Shown here one piece after another: positions 33,239 through 45,243 of a stretch of DNA of 64,000 bases. The notes beneath the pieces were generated by a model. The model made no database searches and was not told the DNA's origin. It saw only the letters and a program-made list of their open reading frames with translations. The stretch lies in assembly GCA_964019335.1 (NCBI GenBank), contig OZ025653.1, positions 372,001 through 436,000 of the forward strand, in the 5' to 3' direction. The number at the start of each line of letters is the position of its first letter. Within the stretch, counting starts at the first letter, position 1. A program made the position numbers and the translations under genes. This stretch comes from Diplonema japonicum. Taxonomy: Eukaryota > Protista > Euglenozoa: Diplonemea.

Positions 33239-34552
33239 TTAAAGATCTGTCGGATAATCCACTGCAGGCTCGATGGAGTCGGCGGGCGATATGAACTTCA
33301 GAAACAGCCATATGAAATGATCGATCGCAGTGAGGCCCGCACAAATGACCCCGTACACCCTTCCAAGAGAGAGGCCCATATAGATCCGATCAGGGAGGGA
33401 CGCAGGAGAAGCCGTGGCCACCTTGTTGTAGACAGCAATAGTCCGTTTCGTCACATCATTCCAATTGTACATGTCGGCGATGCGTGCGTGATGGTCCCAT
33501 GGGACCACTGACCGCACTTGCGATATGGCCTGCGTCACACAAGCCGCAATGGAACGAGGGTCAGGTTCAGCTAAGATCAACATGTCGTGAGGCATGACTT
33601 CGGGAACACCGCCCACACGTGTGGACACAACAAGGTGCCCACATGCTGCTGCTTCGATGATGGCGATGCAGAAGGCTTCTGTTAATGATGTGTTTACGAA
33701 CACCTGCCCACGCCTCAGCACCCCGGGTACGTCTTCGTGTTTAACTTCTCCCAACAACTCTACTCTTCTATGCAAATTGTTGCGCTCCACCATTTGCTCG
33801 ATCTGCAGACGTCGCGGGCCATCTCCCCCTATCACCCACCGCACGCCTTTGTGTTTTTTGCATATCATCGGGATCACATCCGCAAGCAGATCTGCTCCTT
33901 TGCGGTACACCAACCGTGTGATGGCGACGATGGTGATGGGTGTGTCTTGTAGAATAGACCCCCACGTGCCTGAGGATGGTGTGGGTTTGAACTTGTCGGG
34001 GTCTGTTGCATTCGGGATCACCGACACCTTTGAGGGTTTTATCTTCGCACGCAGCACAGTGTTCTCACGACAGGTGTGCGAGACACAGATGACTTGTCCG
34101 ACATTTGTGAGGGACCATTCGAGCACCTTGTTGATGTGGATAGACGCAGCATCGGCAAAACCGAAAAGAGAATGGTCCGTGAACACGGTGGGGATGCCCA
34201 TTGTGGTGGCATGGAACATAGCCTCATGGCACATGTTCGACGTGGTTTGATGCCCATGCACAATGGTCGCCTTTTCCCTGATAAATATCTGCCGCAACAA
34301 CGGGAACATGCCGTGCACTGTTGGGAGCGTCACCGTTCCAGGGGGGAGCCTGACGGCGTACAACGGGCAGTAATAAACTTTAACACCGTTTGTGATCCAC
34401 CGTATGCCCTGCCTGTCCCCGTATGCCCTCGTAACAATGACCACCTTGTGCCCTAACTTCACAAGACACTGCGACAAGTTAAAGATGTGAATCTCTACAC
34501 CACCGAATCCTGGGTAGAAGAAGTCCGACACGATGCATATGTGGTGCCGCAT
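33239..34552 (-). CDS. PIGA: GPI-GlcNAc transferase catalytic subunit PIG-A/GPI3
   Basis: SDFFYP..GGVE.HI, TVFTDHSLFGFAD and NTSLTEAFCIAIIEAA motifs. Confidence 0.96.
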   Translation of the reverse strand: MRHHICIVSDFFYPGFGGVEIHIFNLSQCLVKLGHKVVIVTRAYGDRQGIRWITNGVKVYYCPLYAVRLPPGTVTLPTVHGMFPLLRQIFIREKATIVHGHQTTSNMCHEAMFHATTMGIPTVFTDHSLFGFADAASIHINKVLEWSLTNVGQVICVSHTCRENTVLRAKIKPSKVSVIPNATDPDKFKPTPSSGTWGSILQDTPITIVAITRLVYRKGADLLADVIPMICKKHKGVRWVIGGDGPRRLQIEQMVERNNLHRRVELLGEVKHEDVPGVLRRGQVFVNTSLTEAFCIAIIEAAACGHLVVSTRVGGVPEVMPHDMLILAEPDPRSIAACVTQAISQVRSVVPWDHHARIADMYNWNDVTKRTIAVYNKVATASPASLPDRIYMGLSLGRVYGVICAGLTAIDHFIWLFLKFISPADSIEPAVDYPTDL

Positions 34553-34721
34553 TGAGCATCCCTGGGTGTGTTAACAGTGATTGGCCCCCGCTGAATAAAA
34601 GAACCCCTTTCACAGTACATGGACAGTCTTCGATCTTTTCATGGTTCGCAGGGAACCTCTGTCTTCTATGGTGTCCTCCTGCGGGTGGGTGTTATAATAT
34701 ATTATTGCAATTCCCCTATAT

Positions 34722-35864
34722 TCACACCTGTAACTTAGCAACAGGCATTTTTTTGTTGTTTTGCAGATGCCGCTTTATGGCGTCACCGATTACATCCCTT
34801 TTTTTAGGCGCGGCTTGTGTCTTCATTTTGGTCTTTCGTTTCTCGACGGCTTTCTTCTCGGCTTCTAATAGCTTCTTAAGCAACGCTGGTCTGCAAGCTG
34901 CGAGGGTTCGCTTGTAACGGTTTTTCGCCTCTGCTCGCATCGTTCTGCTCTCCTTCCGCTCGCCTTCCTTTCTCAACAGCTTCGAGTACGCAATGAGAAG
35001 CTCTGATGAGACTTGTTTCTGGTCCAAGGCGTTCTTGTAAAGCCGGCGGGCGCGTTTCGTTGCGTTATGAGAAACGTAAACCTTCATAAGCTGTGCAGTG
35101 GCTTGCCGGTTAAGAGGAAGGCCTTGTTCAAAGCACTGCATGACCGCGAGTTCTGCAGTGTCGAAGTTTTCGCTGATGTTTGGTGAGTTCGCGCAAGCCT
35201 GTAGGAAATAGAAGTAAGACTCCGCGGTGAGATCAATTCCAGATTTCTGCATCCGGAGGAAAACATCCGCAACACCGGGAAGGTCTCCTGCCTTGCCGTA
35301 GACAGAAAGAAACTGGTTCCATATGAGTGGGCTGGCGTCTATACCTTCGTGTTCAAGGAATGACATCAAAGACTCAGCTTTGTGCCTAGCTGTCTCAGAG
35401 TACATCAGACATTTCTTCAGGACGGTTAGAACAGTCTCTTCGTCAGGTAGAGTACCGTCCAACACCATGAAATCGAACACGACCCTGCAGTTTGCGTATG
35501 ACCGCTGGGACCGTAGGAGCTGGGAGTAAACCTGCGCGTCGGGTTCTACACCGGATGCAACGCACGCATCAAAGAGAGTCTGTGCAGCCTCCTGCGTCGT
35601 GCTCAGTTTCTTTTTTCTTTTATCCGCTTTTGGCAGGTACGACAGTGCAGCTGACCATGATTTCGTCCATACTTGGTGTCCCTCACTTTTCATCTCATCC
35701 AAGACCTTTTGTAAACCCTGTACTGCGTTCTTCCCCTTCACTCCTTCCTTCAACATGCCCGGGAACACCTTCTCTTGCATATACGCAGCTACTTGTGTAT
35801 CACCCATCTTTGCCGCATCGCTTGACCCCCATCTTGATCCCCACTTTAAGCTACGACGTAGCAT
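34722..35864 (-). CDS. Pentatricopeptide-repeat protein, probably mitochondrial
   Basis: Several PPR-like motifs (GVEPDAQVYSQLL; IWNQFLSVYGKAGDL..V...M...G); MLRR presequence-like start. Confidence 0.8.
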   Translation of the reverse strand: MLRRSLKWGSRWGSSDAAKMGDTQVAAYMQEKVFPGMLKEGVKGKNAVQGLQKVLDEMKSEGHQVWTKSWSAALSYLPKADKRKKKLSTTQEAAQTLFDACVASGVEPDAQVYSQLLRSQRSYANCRVVFDFMVLDGTLPDEETVLTVLKKCLMYSETARHKAESLMSFLEHEGIDASPLIWNQFLSVYGKAGDLPGVADVFLRMQKSGIDLTAESYFYFLQACANSPNISENFDTAELAVMQCFEQGLPLNRQATAQLMKVYVSHNATKRARRLYKNALDQKQVSSELLIAYSKLLRKEGERKESRTMRAEAKNRYKRTLAACRPALLKKLLEAEKKAVEKRKTKMKTQAAPKKRDVIGDAIKRHLQNNKKMPVAKLQV

Positions 35865-36172
35865 TTCTCCTTTTAAATGATCGGTTTTCTTTTTTTAGGG
35901 GGGAAGCGGCTTTTTGGTGGGATTTCTTTTTTTTTTTTAGGGTGGGCGAAACGGGCGAATTAAAGAAGAAGAAGAAAAAAAAAAAAACCGCAACAATCTT
36001 ACCTTATAGCGGTGGTCAACGGGGCTCGACCCGACTTTTTCTTCTCTTCTTCTTTTCATTCTTTCCGAAAAAGAACCCTGAGTTGTCTTTACAATACAAA
36101 CTCATCTCTCGCCCATATAGACGATGGGGAAGCTCCACTTGTTGTTAATACATAAGAAATGGATATTACATT

Positions 36173-36206
<34 letters not shown>

Positions 36207-36461
36207 GCAGGATGGAATAAAACATGGAAGAGAAAAAAAAAAACTTTTCTTTTGAAACAATATCTAGCAGCGGGGAGAGAGAACAAGGCATGGGCCAACT
36301 GTACAGGTTTTCCTGGTTTACCTTTAACTTTCTCCTTTTTTTTTCCCCTCTTTTTTTTTCTTCTGGAAAAAGAGCGAATAACGATTCTACAACAGCAAAG
36401 GACACACACCCAGCAGGTCAGTCAAGACTCGGGAGGAACCGAGCGTTCCGTCTTATAGTAA

Positions 36462-36616
36462 TCATGGTTGTATTCTGAAGCCTTCAGACTCCGATGAAGA
36501 ACTGTCGATATCGCTGAAGGTGCTCAGCGTGTAGAGGTGGTTGGAGGGGTCGTCAGAGGGAGGGGGCTGGGGAGGTTGATAGTGATCATAGAGAAGCGGT
36601 TGCTTCAAAGAGTGTT

Positions 36617-36647
<31 letters not shown>

Positions 36648-37424
36648 TTGCACTTGCTGAACGGGTGTCGGGGTACGCGTGCTCCGAGGCTGGTACTGAG
36701 AGGGAGGAGGAATAGGCTGCGCTCCAGGAGGAGCGCGAGGCGGCGGGTCTTCAAGCGCAATTAATAACGGAGCTTGGGTCCCACCCACATCGTACCACTC
36801 CCTTGTACAGTCTGGTGTTTCCTTCCCTGCATGCGGTGCTGCCGATGTAACAAATGCCCGTCCCGCTTCAAAATCCTTCATGTCATCTGTGATCCTCCAA
36901 AACCCATCAGGCGAGCTGTAAACCCATCTTTCCGGTGCCCTTCTCTTCCAAGTGGGAAAGCCGTTAACACAATGCGGGGTGATAATGTACAAACCTTCGT
37001 TGTTTGAGAATTGCTGGTCTGGGCATGTTATCCGAAGGGCCTCAGGGGTTGCCTTTCGTGGAGCCACGCTTACCACACCTTCTGAAAGTACAGACGGGGC
37101 GCACACTGTACTTGCAGGCGGTCCCGGTTCCGACTCCTTGTCCATGCTCGCCATGGACTGCTCACCGCGGTTTTTAGCCCGCGGCGGGGGCGGGCCACTG
37201 GACCGCGTCCCTTCTCCGTTCTTCGAGCACATCACGAACCACAGCGCGCAACACCCTAATGTCAACAGCACAAACCCGATCAACAGCAACACGAACTCAA
37301 AGCACACAACGTCTATCCCCAAAAACGTAAAGTCACACCACTGGTCCGATGTATCCAACGGCGGGGCGGACAGCGTGCTTGTCAGGGTGGGGGTCGTCAC
37401 ATTGCCCTCTGTCCTGTTGCTCAT
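36462..37424 (-). CDS. Hypothetical single-pass membrane protein with one beta-rich 'NGxPxW' domain and a polyQ tract
   Basis: TM segment FVLLLIGFVLLTLGCCALWFVM; the domain resembles the repeats in the 14058-17720 gene. Confidence 0.8.
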
Positions 37425-37582
37425 CCTGCTATGCGGTGTATTGACGGGTTACAAAAAACTAAAAACACGATTTGATAAGCGGAAGGGCGGGGGTTGGGTA
37501 CAAAAAAAAATGGGGGTATTTTTTTTTTTTTGATTTTTCTTTTTTTTTTTTTGATTCAAACACTATGTTAAACCTTAACAGC

Positions 37583-38347
37583 TTATTCCCTGTTCTTCTG
37601 ACCACCACGGTGGCGGCCGGTCCTCCTGGCGGCGATCAGACCGGACTTCTGGCCGGGGGGGCAGGCACGCTGCACGGTGGTGGGGTGACCAACGTGCTGA
37701 TGGTTACCACCACCGTGAGGGTGCTCCACCGGGTTACGGGCAACACCTCGGATGGTAGGCCAGCACTTACGCTTAGCCTTGGCGGCGTAGTGGGCAGCAC
37801 CAGCCTTGAGGAGGGGCTTCTCGGTACGGCCACCACCAGCGATGATACCGATCATGGCACGGCAGTTCCAGGAGATGGACTTCTTCTCACCAGATGGGAG
37901 CTTGATCCTGGTCCTCTCCTGCTCGGGAAGGTGCGAGATCACAATGCAGTACTCACCAGAGGCACGGGCAATGGAGCCACGGTCACCAGTCTTCAGCTCC
38001 ACGTTGCACACAATGGAACCCTCAGGTACCATCTTGAGGGGAAGGCAGTTCCCGATAGCAAGCTCAGCACGCTTACCGCAGTACAGGAACTGACCGGTCT
38101 GCATACCCTCGACAGCGATCATACGGGCCTGCATCCTCTTGTACTTGTACGGGTGGCGGAACTGCACAAGGGCAATGGGGGCACCACGGCCTGAGTCGTG
38201 GACAATCTGCCTGACAGTTCCCTTCACGAAACCCCTCCTCTCACCGAAGTCAAGAGGCCTAAGCTTGGCGGCACCTTTACGCTTGTGGGTGTGCGCAGTG
38301 AAGATGCTACCGGCACCCTTACGCTGAGCCAAGATACACTTACCCAT
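37583..38347 (-). CDS. RPL8: 60S ribosomal protein L8/L2 (uL2)
   Basis: [33 protein letters not shown] and GLIAARRTG motifs. Confidence 0.98.
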   Translation of the reverse strand: MGKCILAQRKGAGSIFTAHTHKRKGAAKLRPLDFGERRGFVKGTVRQIVHDSGRGAPIALVQFRHPYKYKRMQARMIAVEGMQTGQFLYCGKRAELAIGNCLPLKMVPEGSIVCNVELKTGDRGSIARASGEYCIVISHLPEQERTRIKLPSGEKKSISWNCRAMIGIIAGGGRTEKPLLKAGAAHYAAKAKRKCWPTIRGVARNPVEHPHGGGNHQHVGHPTTVQRACPPGQKSGLIAARRTGRHRGGQKNRE

Positions 38348-39027
38348 TTTTTTTCTTTTTTTTTAAAAACTTGGAGATCCGCCGTCTGTTTTTGTTTTTT
38401 TTTTGTAATCGTATTTTAAAAAAGGCAAGGGGAACCCGGCATAAAAAACTCAAAGTGCAGGACAAACCCCCTCATGGAGGGCCGCCCTTGTGGAAAAAAA
38501 AAATGAAGAAGGCCTAACGAAAAGAAAAAAGAAAGGGGAAAAAAAGAATAGCATTGTTGCATAACAGAGGAAAGAACCAGAAGGAACAAAAAAACCACAA
38601 AAGATGAAGAGAAAAAAAAAGAAAATGAAAAAGGGGGCGAAAACAAATAGGTGGGTTTAGAAAGGGTAAGGGGTCTGGGCTAATAAACTGATACAACTTT
38701 GTTTTTTTTTTGTTTTTTTTTTAAAAAAAAGAAAGAAAAAAAATCATTCTTTCTACAAAAGACTGCCCTTTTTTATTATTATTATTTCTTTTTAAAAGTG
38801 CTCTGTCTTTAGAATCTTCTTTTTTTTTCTTCTTCCCTATTTCACTTCATTTCTTTTTCTTTTTTCCTTTTCTGGTTCTCACCCACCACAAAAAAAAAAA
38901 AAAAATGGAATCCCATACAAAAGTAAGTCAAAAGAATTCATAGACTTACATAAGAAACAGAAGGGCACCTGTATTATATATTTATAATCAAAAAAAAAAA
39001 CTTTTTTCACATCATGAGCATCCCCAT

Positions 39028-41559
39028 CTAACCGTAGGTATAATCATGCCATGTAGGGGTGTTGTAGTCAAGGGCAGTTGGCTGCGCTGCAGGGGTGTTG
39101 CGAGAATGTTGCAGAACATGAACACCAATAACTCCAGAGATGCAGAGGAAGAGAGAGACGGCGAGGGCGGCCCACCACCCTGTAGCGGATGAGGGTGGGG
39201 GTGGGGGCGGGATCGGTACATGTACAACAGTATTTTTTGCAGTCGGGCCCAGTTCGACAGGAGCATGGACTCCACGAAGAACATCAGGGCAGAACACACC
39301 ACGGCATGCTTCCTTTGTGCTGTTCGCCTCGCACATTACACCGTCTGCACACACAGCATCCTCCCAGACAAGCCCCCCTTGGCACTTCCCGCATGCCGTT
39401 ACAGATGAAACGCCCTTACAGTACCTTACCTTTTCCTCCTCAGTGCATACTTCCATCATTGCGTCCTTGTAGCTCACTATCCCAGCGCATATTTTCTCCT
39501 TCTGCTTCGAACGGGCATCAAAACAATTTTTCTCATGTGCACACGCGGACCCCATTCCACTATAGTACCCCACCAAGCTCGTGAGGTACCCCGGCATACA
39601 TGTCTCCACAGAGGAGCATCTCACAGATTTAAATCTTGCGGTGTTACCAACAGTCTCGTAGGCGTCCCACGGTTCGTGCGTTGGTCCGTGGGAGCAGTAT
39701 TGTTTTCCCGTGACGGGGCCGGTGGCCATGATGTAGTCGGGACCCAGACAGTTGCAGAGATCGAGTAGGATATCATCCTGTTCCTGTGGGTCCGCTGTGC
39801 AGGGGGCGCTGACCTCGCACGGTACATCGGCACACATCACGTCGTTCACTTGTGTGCACCCCTCACTGCTGTCGACAGTGCGTGCCTCGTTCGAGTCCGC
39901 ATTGGCGCAGCACAGCATGTGAGGGTTGTCTATCTCGCACACCCTGCACATCTCGTGGTGTGTGAGGGGGATGCGGTCCAGAATGTCAGGACAGAAGTAC
40001 CCGCTGCACTCCTCACGGGAAACCACCTCTGAACAGATTGTCCCAGTCACACATATAGTGTGATTGTGAAGGAGCCCTATACCGTTGGGGCATGCTAGAC
40101 ATGCCGAAGCAGTGGCCTCGGCATTGCAGTATTTTCGCGACTCTTCCGCAGAGCACTTCTTGCCGTTCATGTCATAGATCGTCTCCGTGAAGCACGCATC
40201 GGCAAGGTCCTTCTCCCTAATGGTGTCGCATTCTCTGACGTCCTGGCACTCGGCAGGCAGCGACTGGACGTACAAAGCGTTGTTCAGGGCACTTTTCGCC
40301 TCGCACCTGGCGAGCTGTTGGCATGTCACCGCCTCGAAGGTCCTCGTCTTGAGACGGAGATCCCACACATTGTCATTCCAATACCCACCTCTGTTGAGGG
40401 ACACACATACGTAGAACCCGTTCTGCTGTCTAATCAGCCGGTAGTCTTCGCCGAGACAGTCGCAAAGTTCTTTTATGATAACATAGCTTTTCGCGGTGTA
40501 GACTTGACTCTCCTGCGCAAAGGCATACTGACAGGCTGTGCTGGAGGAACACGGCACAGAGGGACAGAAGTTGTCCCCTTGTGCAGTGCACTGCGACTCG
40601 TCGGCAACAAGTTTGTACGAATTGTTATAAGCGCAGCACAGCTCGATGGGCTGTGTTGCTTCGCACTGCGAGCAGAGCTCAGACGAGGTGAACAGGTGGT
40701 AGGGAGGGACGACGGGGGGGTAGGCTTTGATCGCCTCGGAGAGGGTGGGGCACCACTCACCTCGCTCGTTGTTTAAAACGGCTTCACACTTCTGTTGCGC
40801 ATAATCCTCGGTGGGGTCCTTCACTTTACAACTATGTGAGTAAGCACAGACCGAGGCAACAGGCGCCTCACCGGGTGCTTCTGCAATGGCACCATACCCC
40901 GCGCAGTTGTTACAGTAAACAGCTTTCGTCTCGGGCTCGCAGATCTTCTGATTCTGGGCACTAGAGCATAGGTTGGACTCTGAGTCGATGATTGTGAAAG
41001 GAGCCTTGAATAGACATTCAGCCATTGCTGCGACAAGTTTGTTTTGAGTGCATTGGTAGTAAGAGTTGCATGAAGTGAGGTTTTTGACGGAAAGCCAGAG
41101 CTTGGCGTCGTCGTAGGCTTGCACGGCCATGCAACGGGCGAGCTGATCACATGTCGCAAAAGTGTAGCGAAGCGTGTTGGTTTCAATGTAAAATGAGCGA
41201 GAAAGGGGAGGCGAGAGATCAGCTCTGTGCACGCACTGAAGAAAGCCTTTCAGGTCGGTGGTTACAGCATAGGAGTCACCCATGCAAGAACAAAAGCGTC
41301 GGGTGTCTTCGTCTCGGAGACCTTCGGTGTCGATGAACATTTCGATGATTTCTTGCGCGCACTGTGGTGACTGCATGCATTCCCTTCTTCTGCAAAACAG
41401 CACGCTGGCGTTGTTGCATTCTTTTTGCGCCCCCACTGTCCACGCCTTTTCATCATCTACACACCATAACTCCGCCGGTCGTGCCGTTTCAGCTTGGATA
41501 CATCGGTCATCCCTTGACAGACCTGTCACTCCAAGTGCAACCAACCCCCATAAAAACAT
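39028..41559 (-). CDS. Cys-rich type I membrane protein with three internal repeats
   Basis: Signal peptide; three repeats of C.C(L/M)G.DY...G...C; Pro-rich linker, TM helix and short Tyr-containing tail. Confidence 0.85.
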   Translation of the reverse strand: MFLWGLVALGVTGLSRDDRCIQAETARPAELWCVDDEKAWTVGAQKECNNASVLFCRRRECMQSPQCAQEIIEMFIDTEGLRDEDTRRFCSCMGDSYAVTTDLKGFLQCVHRADLSPPLSRSFYIETNTLRYTFATCDQLARCMAVQAYDDAKLWLSVKNLTSCNSYYQCTQNKLVAAMAECLFKAPFTIIDSESNLCSSAQNQKICEPETKAVYCNNCAGYGAIAEAPGEAPVASVCAYSHSCKVKDPTEDYAQQKCEAVLNNERGEWCPTLSEAIKAYPPVVPPYHLFTSSELCSQCEATQPIELCCAYNNSYKLVADESQCTAQGDNFCPSVPCSSSTACQYAFAQESQVYTAKSYVIIKELCDCLGEDYRLIRQQNGFYVCVSLNRGGYWNDNVWDLRLKTRTFEAVTCQQLARCEAKSALNNALYVQSLPAECQDVRECDTIREKDLADACFTETIYDMNGKKCSAEESRKYCNAEATASACLACPNGIGLLHNHTICVTGTICSEVVSREECSGYFCPDILDRIPLTHHEMCRVCEIDNPHMLCCANADSNEARTVDSSEGCTQVNDVMCADVPCEVSAPCTADPQEQDDILLDLCNCLGPDYIMATGPVTGKQYCSHGPTHEPWDAYETVGNTARFKSVRCSSVETCMPGYLTSLVGYYSGMGSACAHEKNCFDARSKQKEKICAGIVSYKDAMMEVCTEEEKVRYCKGVSSVTACGKCQGGLVWEDAVCADGVMCEANSTKEACRGVFCPDVLRGVHAPVELGPTAKNTVVHVPIPPPPPPSSATGWWAALAVSLFLCISGVIGVHVLQHSRNTPAAQPTALDYNTPTWHDYTYG

Positions 41560-43230
41560 CCTTGAGTAGTTGCAATGTAATACAACGTAAAAAAAAAAAA
41601 AAAAATAAAAAATAAAATAAAGGGAATAATAAAACGAAGGTAAAGAATTTTTTATGGGGTATATAAAAAAGAAAAATCAAGACGGGGGGGGGGGGGGGGG
41701 GGTTGTTGGTGATTATAGCGTATTTGTCATCACTGTTTTTTTTATTTTTATTTTTTTTTTAGATATAAGTACCTTGGCCTTTTTTTTTTCGGACCTTCGG
41801 GTAAAAAGGAAATAAAAAAAAAAAAAAAAAAAAAAAAGGAAAGGAAAAATCCAACCGAAATCATAAAAAAATTTAAAAAAAAGAAGAAAAAAAAGAGAAA
41901 ATTCCGTAAGCGCTTGCCCCCCCTCTTGTTGATACTCAAAAAAAAAAAAACACTCTTTTCCCTTCGTTTCTCTCTTTTTCTTTGTTGATTCAAGCTTCCT
42001 TTTTCTTTTTTTCTTTTTTTTTTCTTTCCTCCGCGAAGCAGCAGCTCTTCGCGGCCCGTTATGTTGTGCATTTGGAGGGGATACCAAATTATTCGAGGGG
42101 AGGGGGGAAAAAAATAGAGTGCACTCGCAACTTGACCATAAGAAAAAGGGGGGATAAAAAAGAAGTCCGCCAAATGATGGGGAGAAGTGCTAGCAACAAC
42201 CCTGTGAAGAAGAGAAAAAAAAGCCCCTAAGTGTGCGCATTCCAAGAAGAGAGAGAGGAGAAAAAAAAAACAAGAAATGTTGCAGTGCACTAGTCAGAGG
42301 AGGAGAGATCGAGAAAAAAAAAAGGAAAAAAAAAGAGACATGTTTGCATGTTGTTTGCAAGGCGAGCCTCCGAAGGGGGAAAAAAAAAGGGGAGGGGAAT
42401 GAAACATCTGTGAACTCATTTGGAGGAGAGGAGGGGGAGTATTTAAAAAAAAGATTTTTTTTGTTCTTTTCCCGTTTTCTGTAACTTCTTTTCCACCCCT
42501 TTGTATCTTTTTTTTTTTCCTTCTTTTTTTTTGATTCTACTATTTCTTTTCTTCTTTTATTCTTCTTTCCCTTTCTTTTCGCTTCCCTTGACCACCCAAT
42601 ATGGGAATCAAGTCTCGCTTTGTTGGGGGAGGGGGGGGAAACAGAAAAAAAAGAAAAAAAAAAGAAGTTAAAAAAAAAAAACCAAGTCTGTCATGCAAAA
42701 TGTGTACAATGACAAACATGTAGGACAAAAAAAAAAAAAAAAAGAGGGGAAAAAAAAGAAGTAAAGGGGCGTTGAAACCATGGAGGGTGAAGGGCATTGT
42801 CCATTTGGAAAAAACTCCTTTTTTCAAAAATGACATTCCACCGGGTGGGAGAGAGAGAGGCCACAAAGGAGCAATCTGGAAACAAGAAGAAATAGAAAAA
42901 TTACGTTTTATTTTTCTTTTCGAAAAATTAATTCTTGACAACCGCTTCTTTTTTCCCTTGTTCACCGTAGAAAAATTCTGTTCTCCGCAGTGTCTCGGGG
43001 GAAAAAAGGGGGGAGGGAAGCTCAGAAGAGTAAAAAAAAAAAAAAATAAATAAAAAAAGAATAAAAAAAGGAGGGGCCGCGTTCATTCGTTTTGGATTCA
43101 TAAGAAGGTTTTTGGGGTTTTCTCCTTCTTCCTCCTTCCTTTTCCCTCCTTCACTCCTCTCTCTCTATCTTTTCTATATTTACCTCCATGTTCTCGGGAT
43201 TTTTTTTTTTTTAATTTAGTACAAAGAAAC

Positions 43231-45131
43231 TCATTCCCACCTGTTGGGCTGGGACTTGATGAGGTCCTCAGACGCTCTGTCGGAGTACTTAGCGAAGTTG
43301 CTCTGTTTTTTTTTTTTTTTTTTTTTTTTTCCCTTAAATTCCCCCCTTCCCTTCCCACAAACCTGGAACATGTCCGTAAGGTCATTCAGAGTCTTCTTGT
43401 ACTGGTCAAGGCTGTCCCATGTCTTCCAGGGGAAGAGCATGTCCTGAGGGACATCGCTGTTGGGGATTTCCTGTGGCGAGAGGTTTCATATTTCTTCTCA
43501 ATCAATACCTTAGGGATGAGAAGACCAGTCCCAGGCATGGCTTCAAAGTCCACCTTCGCAAGGGTGTTGTCGTTGATAGCCGTGACAATGGACCTGGTGT
43601 ACTTCAGCTTCATACGGCTACCGGTGCCGTACTTGCCACCGGTCCAGCCGGTGTTCACAAGCCAGGCCTGCGCGCCGGTGCTCTTCATCTTCTCAGCAAG
43701 CATCTCAGCGTATTTGCAAGGGTGCCACACCAAGAAGGGGCCACCGAAACACGCCGAGAAGTTCGGCATGGGTTCCTTGACGCCCTCCTCAGTTCCTGCA
43801 ACCTTTGCGGTGTACCCGCTGATGAACTGGTACATGCACTGCTCAGGGGTCAGCTTGCTGACGGGGGGCAGAACACCGAACGCGTCGCATGTCAGCAGCA
43901 CAATGTTGTCCGGCTGCCTGCAAACAGCAGGGATCTTCGCGTTGGGGATGAAGTGCAGCGGGTACGCGCACCTGGTGTTCTCCGTGATGGTCTTGTCAGT
44001 GTAGTCGATGCTCCTTTCGCTCTCATCGATCACAACGTTCTCCACCACTGCACCGAACCTCACAGCGTCGTAGATCTCCGGCTCCTGCTCCCTCGACAGC
44101 CCGATGCACTTCGCGTAGCACCCACCCTCAATGTTGAAGACACCCTCGTCGTGCCACACTGTAGTTTCCTTATTTCATTCACCTTGTCACATACCATGCT
44201 CATCGTCACCGATGAGGTACCTCTTGGGGTCCGCAGACAGCGTGGTCTTTCCGGTCCCGCTGAGACCGAAGAACAGTGTGGTCCTCCCTGTCTCCATGTC
44301 CTCGTTACAGCTGCTGTGCAGCGTCAGGAGGCCCTTCTTGGGCATCTGCAAGGGGAAATATGCTATGGTTTTTTTATATCATACCAAATACATCATAACA
44401 GTGAGGATACCCTTCTTCATCTCACCTGCGTACTGGGTACCGAGGATCACCATCTCGGCCCTGCCGAAGTGGATGGAGACGGAGGTGGACGAGGACATCC
44501 CGGCGACGTTCCTGTTGCAGGGGAAGGTGCCGGCGTTGTAGATTGTGAAGTCAGGCGAGCCGAAGTTGGCAAGCTCCTCCTCGGTGGGACGGATCAACAT
44601 GTTGTTCATGAAGAGCGCGTGGTAGGCCCTGGAGCACATGATACGGACCTTGATCCTGTGCTTCTCGTCCCACCCGGCGAAGGCATCAACGACGAAGATC
44701 CTCTCCTGAACGTTCAGGTAGTCGATGGCACGCTCCCTGTTAAGCATGAAGGCCTCCTCTGTCTGCTTGAAGTTCACGGGGCCCCACCACACGTCGTCCT
44801 TGGAGGTGGGTTCCTCAACAACCCTCTTGTCCTTGGGCGAACGGCCGGTCTTGAGACCACTGTAGGCAGCCATGGCACCAGTGTCGGTGATGATGGTGCC
44901 CTTCTCGTACTTCAGGGCGTACTCGTACAGCTTGGGGGGTGCTGCGTTGTGGATCACCTCCTGCTCTCCGCAAATACCAAGGTCCTCCAAGTTCTTCGCG
45001 GCACCACCACCGCTGGGGTACGCCTTGAACCCCTCAGGTGCACCAGTCGGTGCAGAGGTCGCCATCGTCGACGACACGACGGAAGGGCGTGCCCTCTGGC
45101 TCTCAGCAGCTTTCTGGGGTGACTCGGCCAT
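43231..45131 (-). CDS. pckA: Phosphoenolpyruvate carboxykinase (ATP), 5 exons
   Basis: [35 protein letters not shown] and NIEGGCYAK motifs. GT-AG introns at 44346-44384, 44159-44194, 43471-43508 and 43303-43362. Confidence 0.96.
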
Positions 45132-45243
45132 CTTGCTTACTTACGAAGACTGCAATGCGGTAAAGAAACTGGCAACACAAAAAAACTTTTTAAATAAAAA
45201 AATTTAACGTTTTCCTTTTTTTCTCTTCTTCTTTTCCTATTCC

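Noticed and set aside
43419-45122. 567-aa plus-strand ORF and similar antisense ORFs over RPL8, the glycoside hydrolase, azoR and the DysF gene
   Set aside because: Shadow ORFs caused by GC3-biased codon use in the real minus-strand genes
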